Positions 31,810-42,787 of a DNA stretch of 64,000 nt are shown here, in pieces. The stretch covers positions 2,168 to 66,167 of the forward strand of contig JAFUTN010000022.1 in the NCBI GenBank assembly GCA_017484225.1. Direction: 5' to 3'. The translations under genes and the position numbers were made by a program. How positions within the stretch are numbered: the first letter of the stretch is position 1; every line of letters starts with the position of its first letter. The notes under the pieces are model-generated. The model searched no databases and was not told where the DNA came from. It worked only from the letters and a program-made list of their open reading frames with translations. The stretch is from Alphaproteobacteria bacterium (GTDB lineage: Bacteria > Pseudomonadota > Alphaproteobacteria > RF32 > CAG-239).

Positions 31810-33309
31810 TTACCTAACTGGTATTTTCAGTTTTCGGGCGCGCAGAACTTCCTGTTCCACACTAACACGCGAAGGAGATGCAATGTTATCCGTTTTAAGA
31901 GTGTTCCAGTCTTTTTTCTTTGTTAACTTATCAGCCTCATTTTGTTCTTGATATTCTAACTCTTTAACCTGACTCTTAAATTGCAAATAGGCTTCTTCGG
32001 CACCGCCAATTCCCAGAGATGCGGCCTGAAACAGGAAATTTTCCGTTAAAATATTATCACACGGATTTGATTTGTGGTAAAAAGAGAGAAAATTTTTCAA
32101 TCCGCTTTGAGCTCCGGGATGTATACCTTTAAAATTTGCGCCGCCGTTAATAGCACTTTCCACAAACAAAGCCACATCAGCCCATCCGTTTGCCTTAATG
32201 GCCCAGCCTTTTTCTTTAACTTCCTCAGGCGTAACTTTGCGCACACCGTTGCCTGTAGAGGCATTAATTTTTGCAGCAGCTCCGGCATCGGCATTTTCGG
32301 CAGGACGATTACGTAACCCCGACAGCATATAAAAATTCAAGACATATCTTTCTTGCATTTCCGCAATATCGCGCACCAATTTGTCATATTCATTTTGTTT
32401 ATTCAAATCATCAAACTTACGTTCTCCGGTGCAACTGCGCAACAAATCACAAAACTCTTGTGAAAAACAGTTATACTTTCCATATTTTCGGGAAATACCC
32501 TTAACCGGAATTTTATTCATATACCCCAAAACAGACATCCTTTTCTTTACACCGTTTTCCCCTTTTATCATTTTATTATTTTCGTATATCGTATTGATAA
32601 CGGAATCTCTGATTTGTCTGTTTAATTCATTATCTTCAATAAAATGCTCGGCAAATTTGCGCATATTTTCGTTATTGGAACAATAAGCAGAGCGCAAACA
32701 CTGTTTCCATTCGTTTACTCCACCCTGAAAAAATCCCAAACGAACAACAATGGTAGTTCGGCCTTTAGCCCCGCCGAAAGTCTTTTTTCTGGGATTATAA
32801 TAATCTTTTACTACTTCACCGAGAGAATGTTTAGAACTTTTTGCCCAATCCAAATATTCCTGCCGGCTGAACCCTCGTCCTCCGTATGCCTGACAAACAT
32901 TTTCTTCATTAAGCAAAACTTTTGCATTGTGAGTACATTCCCTGCGAAAAACGGCACTTAAGGCATCTCCGGCGGCAACATAACGGCAATCAGTTCTGAA
33001 TACCTCTAAATTACCTTGCTCGTTAAAATGCCCGACATACATTTTATGATTTGTCAATATGGCCTGTCTGACACTCATAACCGGCAAAAGACTTGCTGAC
33101 GTTTCAACATGCGGAACCATAAACGGATCATATTTTTGATGCGAAGAATAATCATCAGCCTTGACTTCGGTTGTATCGGATTCTGCCAATATTTTCGTAT
33201 TCTGTCCTCCGACATGAGCAGAACCGGTCACCATCAGCATAAATAAAGCAATTTTCTTTGCATGTTTTTCAAGCCAATTTCCAAATTCTTTTTTATTCAT
33301 CACACTCAT
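31810..33309 (-). CDS. hypothetical protein, possibly exported
   Basis: 499-aa ORF; hydrophobic stretch IALFMLMVTGSAHVGG near the N-terminus. Confidence 0.75.
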   Translation of the reverse strand: MSVMNKKEFGNWLEKHAKKIALFMLMVTGSAHVGGQNTKILAESDTTEVKADDYSSHQKYDPFMVPHVETSASLLPVMSVRQAILTNHKMYVGHFNEQGNLEVFRTDCRYVAAGDALSAVFRRECTHNAKVLLNEENVCQAYGGRGFSRQEYLDWAKSSKHSLGEVVKDYYNPRKKTFGGAKGRTTIVVRLGFFQGGVNEWKQCLRSAYCSNNENMRKFAEHFIEDNELNRQIRDSVINTIYENNKMIKGENGVKKRMSVLGYMNKIPVKGISRKYGKYNCFSQEFCDLLRSCTGERKFDDLNKQNEYDKLVRDIAEMQERYVLNFYMLSGLRNRPAENADAGAAAKINASTGNGVRKVTPEEVKEKGWAIKANGWADVALFVESAINGGANFKGIHPGAQSGLKNFLSFYHKSNPCDNILTENFLFQAASLGIGGAEEAYLQFKSQVKELEYQEQNEADKLTKKKDWNTLKTDNIASPSRVSVEQEVLRARKLKIPVR

Positions 33310-33431
33310 ATCCTTTTTTTTGTTTATTTTGTCATATTATAGTTCAATTATATGAAATAATCCAGCACTTTTTTATTGAAAAATTATTGCTCCGCGTTTA
33401 TAGTTACAGAAAAATTAATTTATGATAGGAT

Positions 33432-34910
33432 ATGAAAATGGCTAATGAAAATAATATTCACAGAGAATCGCGTTTGGCAAAATTAAACACTTTAAAAGAA
33501 AAAGGTTATAACCCTTATCCGTATAAGTTTTCACCTACTGCTTATTCTTCCGAATTGCAGGAAAAGTATAAGGATTTGCCGGCCGGAACGGACACCGAAG
33601 ACAGAGTAACGGTTGCCGGAAGAGCCATGGCTGTTCGTAACAGCGGTATGTTTGTGGATATTAAAGATAAAGAAGGAAAAATTCAGGCTTTCTGCTACAA
33701 AAAAATTCTTTCCGAAAATGATATGGAAATATTGAAATGCGTTGATGTCGGAGATATTGTCGGTGTTACCGGATTTGTGCGCAGAACACCGCGCGGAGAA
33801 CTGACAATCGCCGCCGAAAAGTTTGATATTATATCAAAGTCGTTACAACCGTTGCCGGAAAAATTTCACGGTTTAACCGACACAGATGCCAGATATCGCC
33901 AACGCTATGTTGATTTTATTATGAATGAGGACAGTAAAGAAATTTTCAAAAAACGCTGCCAAATTACCTCAGCCGTGCGTCGTTATTTTGAAAAAAATCA
34001 ATTTTTGGAAGTGGAAACCCCTATGCTTCACCCGATTATGGGCGGTGCCAATGCCAAACCTTTCATAACACATCACAATGCCTTAGATATGGATTTGTAT
34101 TTACGTATTGCTCCTGAACTGTATTTGAAAAAGTTGGTTGTCGGCGGATTTGATCGTGTTTTTGAAATCGGACGTAATTTCCGTAATGAAGGTATTGATA
34201 AAAATCATAATCCGGAATTTACCGGACTTGAAGCTTATCAAGCCTATGCCGATTACAATGATATGGCCGATTTGATTGAAGATTTGGTGCGTTTTGTTGC
34301 AAAAGAAGTTTTAGGTTCCGCCATGCTCAAAATAGGTGAACATGAGGTTGATTTGAGTAAACCTTTTACCAAAAAATCTATTGTTGATTTAATTAAAGAA
34401 AAAACCGGAATAGATTTGCTGCAGGCTCAAACTTTGGAAGAAGCAAAAGCTATGGCTCAATCCGTCGGAGTTGATGCTTCGGCATGCGCATGTTGGGGAA
34501 AAGTTGTGCAGGAAGTGTTTGATGAAAAAGTAGAGTCCTCACTGATTGAGCCTACTTTTGTAATGGATATGCCGCGAGATATTTCTCCGCTTGCCAAAAC
34601 TCACCGCAATAATCCGCGTTTGGTAGAGCATTTTGATGCTTATCTGGGCGGAATGGAAATCGGATGCGCATATTCCGAACTTTCCAATCCGTTAGAACAA
34701 AGAGAACGTTTTGAAGACGAAGTTGCCGCCAGAGAAAATGGTGATGACGAAGCACAAATGCTTGATGAAGACTTTATTTGCGCTTTGGAAAACGGCTTTC
34801 CTCCTTCCGGAGGTATGGGCATGGGCATTGACCGCTTGGCCATTTTAATGACCGGTGCCGACACAATTCGTGATGTAATCGCCTTCCCTACTTTGAGAAA
34901 GAAAGATTAA
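33432..34910 (+). CDS. lysS: lysyl-tRNA synthetase, class II
   Basis: OB-fold anticodon domain, [24 protein letters not shown] and GMGMGIDRL motifs. Confidence 0.97.
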   Translation: MKMANENNIHRESRLAKLNTLKEKGYNPYPYKFSPTAYSSELQEKYKDLPAGTDTEDRVTVAGRAMAVRNSGMFVDIKDKEGKIQAFCYKKILSENDMEILKCVDVGDIVGVTGFVRRTPRGELTIAAEKFDIISKSLQPLPEKFHGLTDTDARYRQRYVDFIMNEDSKEIFKKRCQITSAVRRYFEKNQFLEVETPMLHPIMGGANAKPFITHHNALDMDLYLRIAPELYLKKLVVGGFDRVFEIGRNFRNEGIDKNHNPEFTGLEAYQAYADYNDMADLIEDLVRFVAKEVLGSAMLKIGEHEVDLSKPFTKKSIVDLIKEKTGIDLLQAQTLEEAKAMAQSVGVDASACACWGKVVQEVFDEKVESSLIEPTFVMDMPRDISPLAKTHRNNPRLVEHFDAYLGGMEIGCAYSELSNPLEQRERFEDEVAARENGDDEAQMLDEDFICALENGFPPSGGMGMGIDRLAILMTGADTIRDVIAFPTLRKKD

Positions 34911-34931
34911 CGTTTAGGTTAGGAAATTCAA

Positions 34932-35945
34932 ATGAAAATATCTAAAGCTATGTGGTTTACTCTTTTTCTGTTGGCCTTTGCGCTGATAGAATTTTTTATT
35001 TTGCTGTATGACTTAACTCATCCGTTTCGCAACGAATTTAAGCTGGCAAATTATGAAACCACAATTTCACAAAGAGCCGTGACGGCATTTCCGTTTTCTT
35101 TTGAAACCAGCTTTTTATATTTTATGAATTACGAAACGGATAATGTGGCTAAAGGGATTCTTTACGGCGCAGTTCCGAATATTTATGCCGAAAATCGCAA
35201 ACTTATGCTTGCAAATACCGAAACCGCAAAACAGCTTGCCGCTATTGAACAAGACGAAAATATTGCCGCCATAGACACTGCTGATGCCAGAATTGCCATA
35301 GTAATTGATGATATGGGTATTAGCTCTAAACACACTAACGAGATTTTGAGTTTAAGGCTGCCTCTTACATTGTCTTATCTGCCGTATGGCAACGTTAACA
35401 AAGAGATGGTAGCCTCGGCAATCAGTCAGGGATATGAAACTATGGCACATATTCCGATGATGCCGCACTCTAAGCAGGACTTGGCTCCGATAACCTTAAG
35501 TCCGGATATGAGCGAAGAAGAAATTACCGAAAAGCTCACAACAATGCTGGAGCGGTTTGATGGTGTTGATATTAAAGGAATAAATAACCACATGGGCAGC
35601 CTGTTCACGGAAGATGAAAAGGCCATGACCGCGGTAATGAAAGTATTGAAAGATAAAAACTTATACTTTTTAGATTCCCGAACAACAAAAAATTCTGTCG
35701 GTAAATGGATGGCTGAGGATAATGGTATAAAAAGTATCGCCAGAGATGTTTTCTTAGATAATGAAGACGATTACGAATACATTATGAAACAACTCAATGA
35801 AGCCCAGAAAATAGCTGTAAAGAAAGGATTTGCCGTAGCTATCGGACACCCGAAGACTCACACTTATGAAGCCATTCGCGACTGGGCGGCAACTCTTGAC
35901 AGAGCGCACACTCAGTTGGTATTCTTGTCAGAGCTGGTTAAATAG
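34932..35945 (+). CDS. divergent polysaccharide deacetylase family protein (YibQ-like)
   Basis: IAIVIDDMG, HIPMMP, GINNHMGS, FLDSRT, RDVFLD and AIGHP motifs. Confidence 0.92.
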   Translation: MKISKAMWFTLFLLAFALIEFFILLYDLTHPFRNEFKLANYETTISQRAVTAFPFSFETSFLYFMNYETDNVAKGILYGAVPNIYAENRKLMLANTETAKQLAAIEQDENIAAIDTADARIAIVIDDMGISSKHTNEILSLRLPLTLSYLPYGNVNKEMVASAISQGYETMAHIPMMPHSKQDLAPITLSPDMSEEEITEKLTTMLERFDGVDIKGINNHMGSLFTEDEKAMTAVMKVLKDKNLYFLDSRTTKNSVGKWMAEDNGIKSIARDVFLDNEDDYEYIMKQLNEAQKIAVKKGFAVAIGHPKTHTYEAIRDWAATLDRAHTQLVFLSELVK

Positions 35946-35970
35946 CTGTTTTAAGCTTAGCTTGAGTTCG

Positions 35971-36468
35971 TTAATATGATTTTGAGGTATGTAAAATCTC
36001 TTCAATCATGTCTTTAACCTGCCATGGAGCAAATACTCGGCGAAAAGCCACTTTAGAAGTGCCGGTTCCGGAAAACCAAATATCACCATAATTCAAAAGT
36101 CTTCCGAAGAAAGATTGTCTGACTTCAACCCCTTCTATCCGACGATTGTCTAATTCCTCGTGCTGAATATTAAAAAAACCGACCTCCAAAATAACTCTGT
36201 GATTTGTAACAATCATTTCCACGGAATAACAGCGCAACCAAATATAAAAAATGCGCAACAGCACAATAATCCCGACAACCGCCTCTGCATGCCAAAAAAA
36301 TCTTTGAAAAACAACCATATTATCTACAAGCGGCCTGATTAAAAAACAAAAAACGGCAAAAATAACGGATAAAACCAAATATGAATCCATATAAACACTC
36401 CAATGAATCCGCGGTTCCAACAACACTTCTTCATTAATTTGCATATTTCGTTCCAAATTACTTTTCAT
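35971..36468 (-). CDS. bacterial PH (bPH_2) domain membrane protein
   Basis: Two TM segments, then VTNHRVI...IEGVEVRQSFFGRLLNYGDI. Confidence 0.8.
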   Translation of the reverse strand: MKSNLERNMQINEEVLLEPRIHWSVYMDSYLVLSVIFAVFCFLIRPLVDNMVVFQRFFWHAEAVVGIIVLLRIFYIWLRCYSVEMIVTNHRVILEVGFFNIQHEELDNRRIEGVEVRQSFFGRLLNYGDIWFSGTGTSKVAFRRVFAPWQVKDMIEEILHTSKSY

Positions 36469-36634
36469 ATTCCCTCCGAAAAATATCGTTATCACGCTTG
36501 TAAAAGTAAAAGATGACAACCGGCTTGTCAAATAAAAAAAATCGGATGGTCGGCAGAGAAAACTAACTTATGTTTGCTGTTATGCAGTGCGTAACAATAA
36601 ACTCCGTTTATGAAACAGGATATCTTTGTTCAAA

Positions 36635-36758
36635 GAGATTGCGACGGTCGTTTCACTCCCTCGCAATGACACTCTATACCTTATGGTCGTTTCACTCCCT
36701 CGCAATGACGTTTCCTACCTTACGGTCATTCCGAGGAGCGTAGCGACGTGGGAATCCC
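36635..36758. repeat. fragmented palindromic interspersed repeat (gtcattccgaggagcgtagcgac...ctcgcaatgac type) with an internal 25-bp duplication
   Basis: ggtcgtttcactccctcgcaatgac at 36646-36670 and 36685-36709, followed by ggtcattccgaggagcgtagcgacgtgggaatccc. Confidence 0.75.
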
Positions 36759-36780
36759 TCAAGATGACGGCGGATATTTT

Positions 36781-37488
36781 TTACTCAAAAATCCACTCAA
36801 TCATATTTTCATTATCATCAGATGTTGCCGCATCCGCTTCCGGTATGGTGTAGCGTAGTTTAATTACTTTGCAATATCCTTTATTCGTCGGATAATATCC
36901 TTCAAAACAGCCACTTACACAACCAACGCCGCTTTGTATATATTCACCTTCACAACTTCCGCAATTTCCGATTGGTGAGCAATCTGGTAAGCTAGACTGT
37001 GAAAAAGGAGTACCATTTATTACAACACTACTGTTAATCCCCACATATTGCAATCCACTTGCTCTATAAAATGCAAGGTTATTTATTTCTTGAATGTTTG
37101 GTAAATCAACACTCTTTAATTTTTTATCACCGTAAAAAGCCCTATCTCCCAGATAAGTAATATTTTCAAGTCCGATTACTGTTTCAAGATTTTCTAATCT
37201 TTTAAATGCACGTGAACCGATACCGGTTACTCCATTTTCAATCACCACTGTTGTTATATCTTTATTTATCCATGGTGTTGTAGCTAAATTACCTTCCTCA
37301 ACATTATCATAATCCCCCATTTTTCCTTCACCGGAAACTGTTAATGTTTTACTTGCCTCATCATAAGTGCATTGAACACTGTCACTGTATACCCCGTAAG
37401 TTGCCGGTCCGCAGTTCCATGTTTCGGCAAAACTTTCACAAGTAAAACATATTACACTTCCCAACATCAACACAATTTTTTTCATCAC
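36781..37488 (-). CDS. BspA-type (LRR_5) leucine-rich repeat exported protein
   Basis: Signal peptide, LTVSGEGKMGDY, VVIENGVTGIGSRAF repeats, Cys-rich segment, C-terminal RYT..EA..ATSDDNENMIEWIFE. Confidence 0.85.
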   Translation of the reverse strand: MMKKIVLMLGSVICFTCESFAETWNCGPATYGVYSDSVQCTYDEASKTLTVSGEGKMGDYDNVEEGNLATTPWINKDITTVVIENGVTGIGSRAFKRLENLETVIGLENITYLGDRAFYGDKKLKSVDLPNIQEINNLAFYRASGLQYVGINSSVVINGTPFSQSSLPDCSPIGNCGSCEGEYIQSGVGCVSGCFEGYYPTNKGYCKVIKLRYTIPEADAATSDDNENMIEWIFE

Positions 37489-37514
37489 TTTTCTCCATTT
37501 AAAAGCCGTTTAAA

Positions 37515-37630
37515 ATCAAAAATACCCGCTTTAAGAAGGCGGGCGGATGTTCGAAAACCGTGTAAAGATTAAAAGACGGCTCGGCGCTTTCGTGCTAAAG
37601 CCTTATTATGACACCGACATCCGTCCGTTA
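37515..37630 (-). promoter_or_regulatory. terminator/antiterminator-like leader upstream of LRR gene 1
   Basis: Minus strand: GGACGGATGT pairs 9/10 with ACATCCGCCC, which overlaps the 5' arm of the hairpin CCCGCC-TTCTTAA-AGCGGG-TATTTTT. Confidence 0.55.
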
Positions 37631-37926
37631 ACAAAATGAACGAAATATCGGTATAAACCAATAAATCGCAACAAATGCGAGTAATCTTTACAAAGGGTTT
37701 CGACGCCCTAAAGTGTATTTTTACCACACTTCAAGATAAGTGTATAACAATGTATTTTGATTGTAAAGAATAAAAAAGCAAACCGCACACCGCCTATATT
37801 ATGAGAGAAAATGGGAAACACGTAAAAAAAACACCGATCCATTCCCGTGGCTGCATTTTGCACAAAAAAATGGGCTGAAAAATTTTCCAGCCCACCACAA
37901 AATAAACGATATTCTCTTTTGTGAGA

Positions 37927-38412
37927 TTAACGCTTTGAGAATTGGTAAGAACGACGAGCTTTTGCTTTACCGTATTTCTTACGTTCAACAACACGGTCAT
38001 CACGTGTCAAGAAACCGGCCTGTTTCAAAACAGTGCGCAATTCCGGTTCATATTCGTTCAAAGCCTTAGAAATACCATGTTTAATGGCACCGGCCTGTCC
38101 GGATAAACCACCGCCTTTTACCGTGCAAACAACATCAAATTCGTTTTCACGATTTGTAACAACAAACGGTTGGTTAATAACCATCTTCAAAACCGGACGA
38201 GCAAAATATTCATCCAAACTTTTTTCATTAACGGTAATATTTCCTTTACCCGGTTTAATCCAAACGCGGGCAACGGCATCTTTTCTTTTACCGGTAGCAT
38301 AAGAGCGACCCATTTTGTCTTTAACAGACTTGCGAGGTGCTTTAACTTCAGATGTTTCTGCAGAAACGGAAGCAGACTTCAACTCTTGCAATGATTCAAT
38401 TTTTTTAGCCAT
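37927..38412 (-). CDS. rpsI: 30S ribosomal protein S9
   Basis: [21 protein letters not shown] and ERKKYG motifs. Confidence 0.99.
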   Translation of the reverse strand: MAKKIESLQELKSASVSAETSEVKAPRKSVKDKMGRSYATGKRKDAVARVWIKPGKGNITVNEKSLDEYFARPVLKMVINQPFVVTNRENEFDVVCTVKGGGLSGQAGAIKHGISKALNEYEPELRTVLKQAGFLTRDDRVVERKKYGKAKARRSYQFSKR

Positions 38413-38882
38413 TATAAAGCACTCCTTTTATTCTTTTCATTTTGAGATGCAATATCCCATACAACCGGATTCTGTGCTGTATGCGGATGATTTTCTCCGG
38501 CATACACCTTCAATTTTGTCATCATCTGACGACCGAGCGGATTACGAGAAATCATTCTTTCAACAGCTTTAATGATAACTCTTTCCGGAAAACGACTGTT
38601 CAAAATTTTTCCGGCAGTGGTGTCTTTAACGCTTCCGACATAACCGGTGTGTTGATAATAGTGTTTGTCTGTCAATTTTTTACCGGTAAGTTTTACTTTA
38701 TCGGCATTAATAACAACAACGTAATCACCGCAATCCAAACTAGGTGAAAAATAAGGCTTATTTTTTCCGCGCAAAATTTTTGCAATTTCAGCGGACAATC
38801 TGCCCAAAATAACGCCGCTGGCATCTACTACATACCATTTTCTTTCAATGTCTGCAGGCTTTGTTACATGTGTAGAAATCAT
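38412..38882 (-). CDS. rplM: 50S ribosomal protein L13
   Basis: WYVVDA..LGRLS and HPHTAQNP motifs. Confidence 0.99.
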   Translation of the reverse strand: MISTHVTKPADIERKWYVVDASGVILGRLSAEIAKILRGKNKPYFSPSLDCGDYVVVINADKVKLTGKKLTDKHYYQHTGYVGSVKDTTAGKILNSRFPERVIIKAVERMISRNPLGRQMMTKLKVYAGENHPHTAQNPVVWDIASQNEKNKRSAL

Positions 38883-39141
38883 ATTAATCTCTTTCTTTGT
38901 TAAAATGTTATCAAATCGGTGTCAATATACATTTTTTTTGTTACTTGTCAACACAAAAAATCAACATTTTTCAATATTTTATTTGCACGGTATCATAATA
39001 CCGTAAATTTAACTTTTTGTTTTTACTGCCATATCCGGTTTTACAATAAGATTTAATCAAACATTACAAACTTGATTTTTTTATTAATCCGTGTAAAATG
39101 TTTTGCAAAATAAACAATTATGAACTTAAAACTATTGAATT

Positions 39142-39543
39142 ATGAAAAAGTCTCTTACTGAATTATTAAAAACATTCGACAGTTTGTCGTTGCAATCAAT
39201 GTCCCGAGAAGATTTATTGTTACTGTATGATGATTTTGCCAATTATCAATTTTCGGCGGAAGATTTTTGTGACGTAATTGATCTTCTTCGTTTCGGCAAA
39301 GCAATGGCTGATATTGAAGAGCGTCTCAACGAACAAACTCTGACATGTCCGTATTTGGAAGAACAGCTCATTGAAAATCCGGCCATTGTGGAATGTGTTT
39401 TGTTACTGCGCTCCTTAAATGATGTTTTAAGGGCAGAAAAGGAATGTGCAAAAATCAAGTCCGCTTCTTTACGAAAGCAATTCAAAAACATGATTGAACG
39501 CCGACTTGAATCCATTTGCGAACAAACCATGCTTGCTAATTAA
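39142..39543 (+). CDS. hypothetical protein
   Basis: 133-aa helical ORF filling the gap between rplM and era. Confidence 0.7.
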   Translation: MKKSLTELLKTFDSLSLQSMSREDLLLLYDDFANYQFSAEDFCDVIDLLRFGKAMADIEERLNEQTLTCPYLEEQLIENPAIVECVLLLRSLNDVLRAEKECAKIKSASLRKQFKNMIERRLESICEQTMLAN

Positions 39544-39571
39544 AAGAGAGAATTTTCATTCTCTCTTTTTT

Positions 39572-40471
39572 TCAGGCCTTAAAATTCAAATTCCAATCAA
39601 CATAACGTGCCGGATCATTTACCCAATTTTCTCGCACTTTTACATATAAAAACAGGTGGATTCTGTCTTCTAACAACTCTTCCAATTCTTCTCTGGCGCT
39701 CTGCCCTATCTTTTTAATCATGGAACCGTTTTTTCCCAGAACAATGGTTTTTTGCCCTTCTCTCGCCACATATATCGTCATTTCCGCACGAACGGAGTTA
39801 TCTGCTCTTCTCTCCCATAATTCAGGTTCTACCGTCAGGGCGTATGGCAATTCCTGTTTTAAATTCAAAAACAATTTTTCTCTGACGATTTCGGCTGCCA
39901 ATAATTTGAGCGGCATATCCGACATCTGGTCTTCAGGATAATACCACGGACTCTCCGGCAGATTATCTGCCAAATACTGATAAAAATCCGTGATATGGTC
40001 ACCGCTGGAAGCCGAAAAAGCAAAAACATCATCAAACGAAAAAATATTTTCAAATTCTTCTTTCAATTCTTCCAAACGTTCCGGTTCAACCAAATCAGAT
40101 TTATTAAAAGCCAAAACGGCATGTGCCTTACGGCGTTCCAATTCGGAAATAATTGCCGAGGTTTCCTCATTCATACCTCGTTTGGCATCAACAACCAAAA
40201 CGTTTATGTCGGCATCATAAAATCCGTTCCATGCCGAGTCTACCATGGCTCTGTCAAGACGGCGTTTCGGAGCAAATATTCCCGGAGTATCCAAAAAAAT
40301 TATTTGAGTATTGTCGTATATTCCGATGCCTTTAACCGTTGTTCTGGTTGTTTGAGCTTTAGGAGAAACAATGGAAACTTTGGAGCCGACAAAATTATTG
40401 GTAATTGTAGACTTTCCGGCATTCGGAGCTCCGATAAGTGCAACAAATCCGCATCTTGTTTTTTTATCCAT
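39572..40471 (-). CDS. era: GTPase Era
   Basis: GAPNAGKST, DTPG and NKSD motifs; KH domain. Confidence 0.97.
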   Translation of the reverse strand: MDKKTRCGFVALIGAPNAGKSTITNNFVGSKVSIVSPKAQTTRTTVKGIGIYDNTQIIFLDTPGIFAPKRRLDRAMVDSAWNGFYDADINVLVVDAKRGMNEETSAIISELERRKAHAVLAFNKSDLVEPERLEELKEEFENIFSFDDVFAFSASSGDHITDFYQYLADNLPESPWYYPEDQMSDMPLKLLAAEIVREKLFLNLKQELPYALTVEPELWERRADNSVRAEMTIYVAREGQKTIVLGKNGSMIKKIGQSAREELEELLEDRIHLFLYVKVRENWVNDPARYVDWNLNFKA

Positions 40472-40472
40472 T

Positions 40473-41168
40473 CTAATTCTCCGTTTTTGAATCCTGCTCC
40501 AGCATTTTTAAGATTTTGGCGGCTGCATCCTGTTCTCCGGACTTTTTACTGTGTCCTTCACCGATAGCTTCCATTCCGTCGGCACATACAACCTTTACAA
40601 CAAATGTAGGTTCGTGTTGAGTTCCGCGTCTTTCAATAACCTCATAAAGCGGAAGTTCAAATTTCATGGCATGCATTTTTTCCTGCAAAGCGGTTTTACT
40701 GTCTTTTTGCGAACCGCGGGCATTTTCTATAAATTCTTTCCAATTTCGCTCCACAAAAAGTTTAACCGTGCTGAAATCAGAATCTAAAAATATTGCACCG
40801 ATAATAGCCTCTCCGACATCACACATAACATTAACAGTCTCCGCTGTTTTAACATCTTGAGTGCGAATATATTGGTCTAATCCCAGCTTTTTCACAATAC
40901 CTGCAACCGTTTCGGCACAAACGAGTTTCACATGACGCTGAGAAAGTTCTCCTTCCTTTTCGTCAGTATAGGTTTTTACCAATAACTCGGCAATTATCAT
41001 ACCTAAAACCCTGTCACCCAAAAACTCCAAACGTTCATAATTTTTGCGTTCGTTTGTAGTAATACTGCTGTGCGTAAGGGCTTGAATTAACAAATTATGA
41101 TTTTGAAATCTGTATTGTAAAATTCTTTCAACTTTTCCGACTTTGTCAAGTTTATCTGTTTTATCCAT
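40473..41168 (-). CDS. rnc: ribonuclease III
   Basis: NYERLEFLGDRVL signature; dsRBD. Confidence 0.97.
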   Translation of the reverse strand: MDKTDKLDKVGKVERILQYRFQNHNLLIQALTHSSITTNERKNYERLEFLGDRVLGMIIAELLVKTYTDEKEGELSQRHVKLVCAETVAGIVKKLGLDQYIRTQDVKTAETVNVMCDVGEAIIGAIFLDSDFSTVKLFVERNWKEFIENARGSQKDSKTALQEKMHAMKFELPLYEVIERRGTQHEPTFVVKVVCADGMEAIGEGHSKKSGEQDAAAKILKMLEQDSKTEN

Positions 41169-41170
41169 AA

Positions 41171-41959
41171 TTAATGTATTCCTTTAAATATACGATTCCA
41201 ACGAATAGATTTTTTCCATGTCCAAGGAGTATAAATTTCCCCTTTATCATTATGAGAGAAGAACAAAAAACGAGCCTTTCCGACCAAATTTTCTTTAGGA
41301 ACAAATCCCACGCTCAACCTGCTGTCATCAGAACGATCACGATTATCTCCCATCACAAAAAACGAATTTTCAGGCACTTCAAACTCTTCTGTATTATCTA
41401 CAATGCGCTCGGCATCAGATATTTCTATTATATTGTGCTTAAAACCGTTTGGAAGAGTTTCTTCATACTGATTATAAAATTCAGGCATCCGAACATATTC
41501 ATCAATAATATATTTTTCGCCCTCTTCACGCTCCACCTTTTGTCCGTTAATATACAAGCGTCCTTTTTTCACCTGAACTTTGTCTCCCGGCAACCCGATA
41601 ACCCGCTTAATATAGTCGGTATGAACATTTTTCGGAAAACGGAAAACGACAACATCTCCTCTTTGCGGTTCACTATACCAAATACGCCCCTTAAACAGTG
41701 GAAATCCGCCGGGAAATGAAAATCTGGAATATCCGTATGAATACTTGCTTACAAATAAATAATCCCCCACTTTCAGTGTAGGATACATAGAGCCTGACGG
41801 AATACGAAACGGCTCAAACAAAAAACTGCGTATCAGTAACGCAATCAGCACTGCCCAAAAAACAGTTTTCAAATTATCCCAAAGCTGTGCCTTAAAAGAA
41901 GGCTTATCTCTTTCGGTTTCAGATATTTTATCCGTGTTTTTTTTATTATCGCGAGTCAC
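41171..41959 (-). CDS. lepB: signal peptidase I
   Basis: IPSGSMYPTL, DYIKRVIG and GDNRDRSDDSR motifs. Confidence 0.97.
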   Translation of the reverse strand: MTRDNKKNTDKISETERDKPSFKAQLWDNLKTVFWAVLIALLIRSFLFEPFRIPSGSMYPTLKVGDYLFVSKYSYGYSRFSFPGGFPLFKGRIWYSEPQRGDVVVFRFPKNVHTDYIKRVIGLPGDKVQVKKGRLYINGQKVEREEGEKYIIDEYVRMPEFYNQYEETLPNGFKHNIIEISDAERIVDNTEEFEVPENSFFVMGDNRDRSDDSRLSVGFVPKENLVGKARFLFFSHNDKGEIYTPWTWKKSIRWNRIFKGIH

Positions 41960-41962
41960 TTT

Positions 41963-42697
41963 TTATTCCTCTTCACCATCCATGGAAATTTCGCTGTTGT
42001 CAGCCTCTATAAAATCTGTTTTTTTGCGACGGGCTCTTTGCTTCGGAGACTGTGAACGTCTTTGCATGGCACTGATAACGTATTGACCGCTGACCTTATA
42101 TAAATCGGCCAAATGATTATTATACATGTGATCACCGTCTTCTATCATGGCAAAATCAATATCCACGTTGCGTTGTTGATTCAAACGACGAGCAAGATTC
42201 TCTACCATGGAAGGATTATCAATTTCATCAACCCCTCCCTGCACAATCAAACCGGATGCCGGACAAGGAGCCAAAAATGAAAAATCCTTTTCGTTAGCCG
42301 GAGGAGAAACGGCAATAAAGTTATTAATATCCGGACGACGCATCAAAAGCTGCATAGCTATCCAAGCTCCGAAAGAATATCCGGCAACCCAACATTGTTT
42401 GGCATCCGGATTCATTGCCTGCAACCAATCAAGTGCTATTGTTGCATCCGAAAGTTCACCCGGACCGTCTTCAAATGAACCCTGTGAACGTCCTACTCCT
42501 CTGAAATTAAAGCGCAAAACGGAAAATCCCAAATCCTTGAAGCAACTGAACATACTGTATACAACTTTGTTATTCATTGTTCCGCCGTATTGCGGATGCG
42601 GGTGTAAAATCAATGCCACCGGAGCATTCGGACGCCCGCTTTTATAATATCTGCCTTCCAATCTTCCGGCATGTCCGTTAAATAAAACTTCTACCAT
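41963..42697 (-). CDS. alpha/beta hydrolase (conserved alphaproteobacterial family)
   Basis: HPHPQYGGTMNN, RFNFRGVGRS and GYSFG motifs. Confidence 0.92.
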   Translation of the reverse strand: MVEVLFNGHAGRLEGRYYKSGRPNAPVALILHPHPQYGGTMNNKVVYSMFSCFKDLGFSVLRFNFRGVGRSQGSFEDGPGELSDATIALDWLQAMNPDAKQCWVAGYSFGAWIAMQLLMRRPDINNFIAVSPPANEKDFSFLAPCPASGLIVQGGVDEIDNPSMVENLARRLNQQRNVDIDFAMIEDGDHMYNNHLADLYKVSGQYVISAMQRRSQSPKQRARRKKTDFIEADNSEISMDGEEE

Positions 42698-42787
42698 TAA
42701 TTACCTCGTTTTTATTATCATTATTTTAACACATCAAACGTAAAATAGTTAAAAAAATTCACCAACTTTGCAGGAATATAGCACACA

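Noticed and set aside
36646-36723. 25-bp repeats with 14-nt spacers as a mini-CRISPR
   Set aside because: Only two copies, spacers too short and similar to each other; the sequence matches a palindromic interspersed repeat type.
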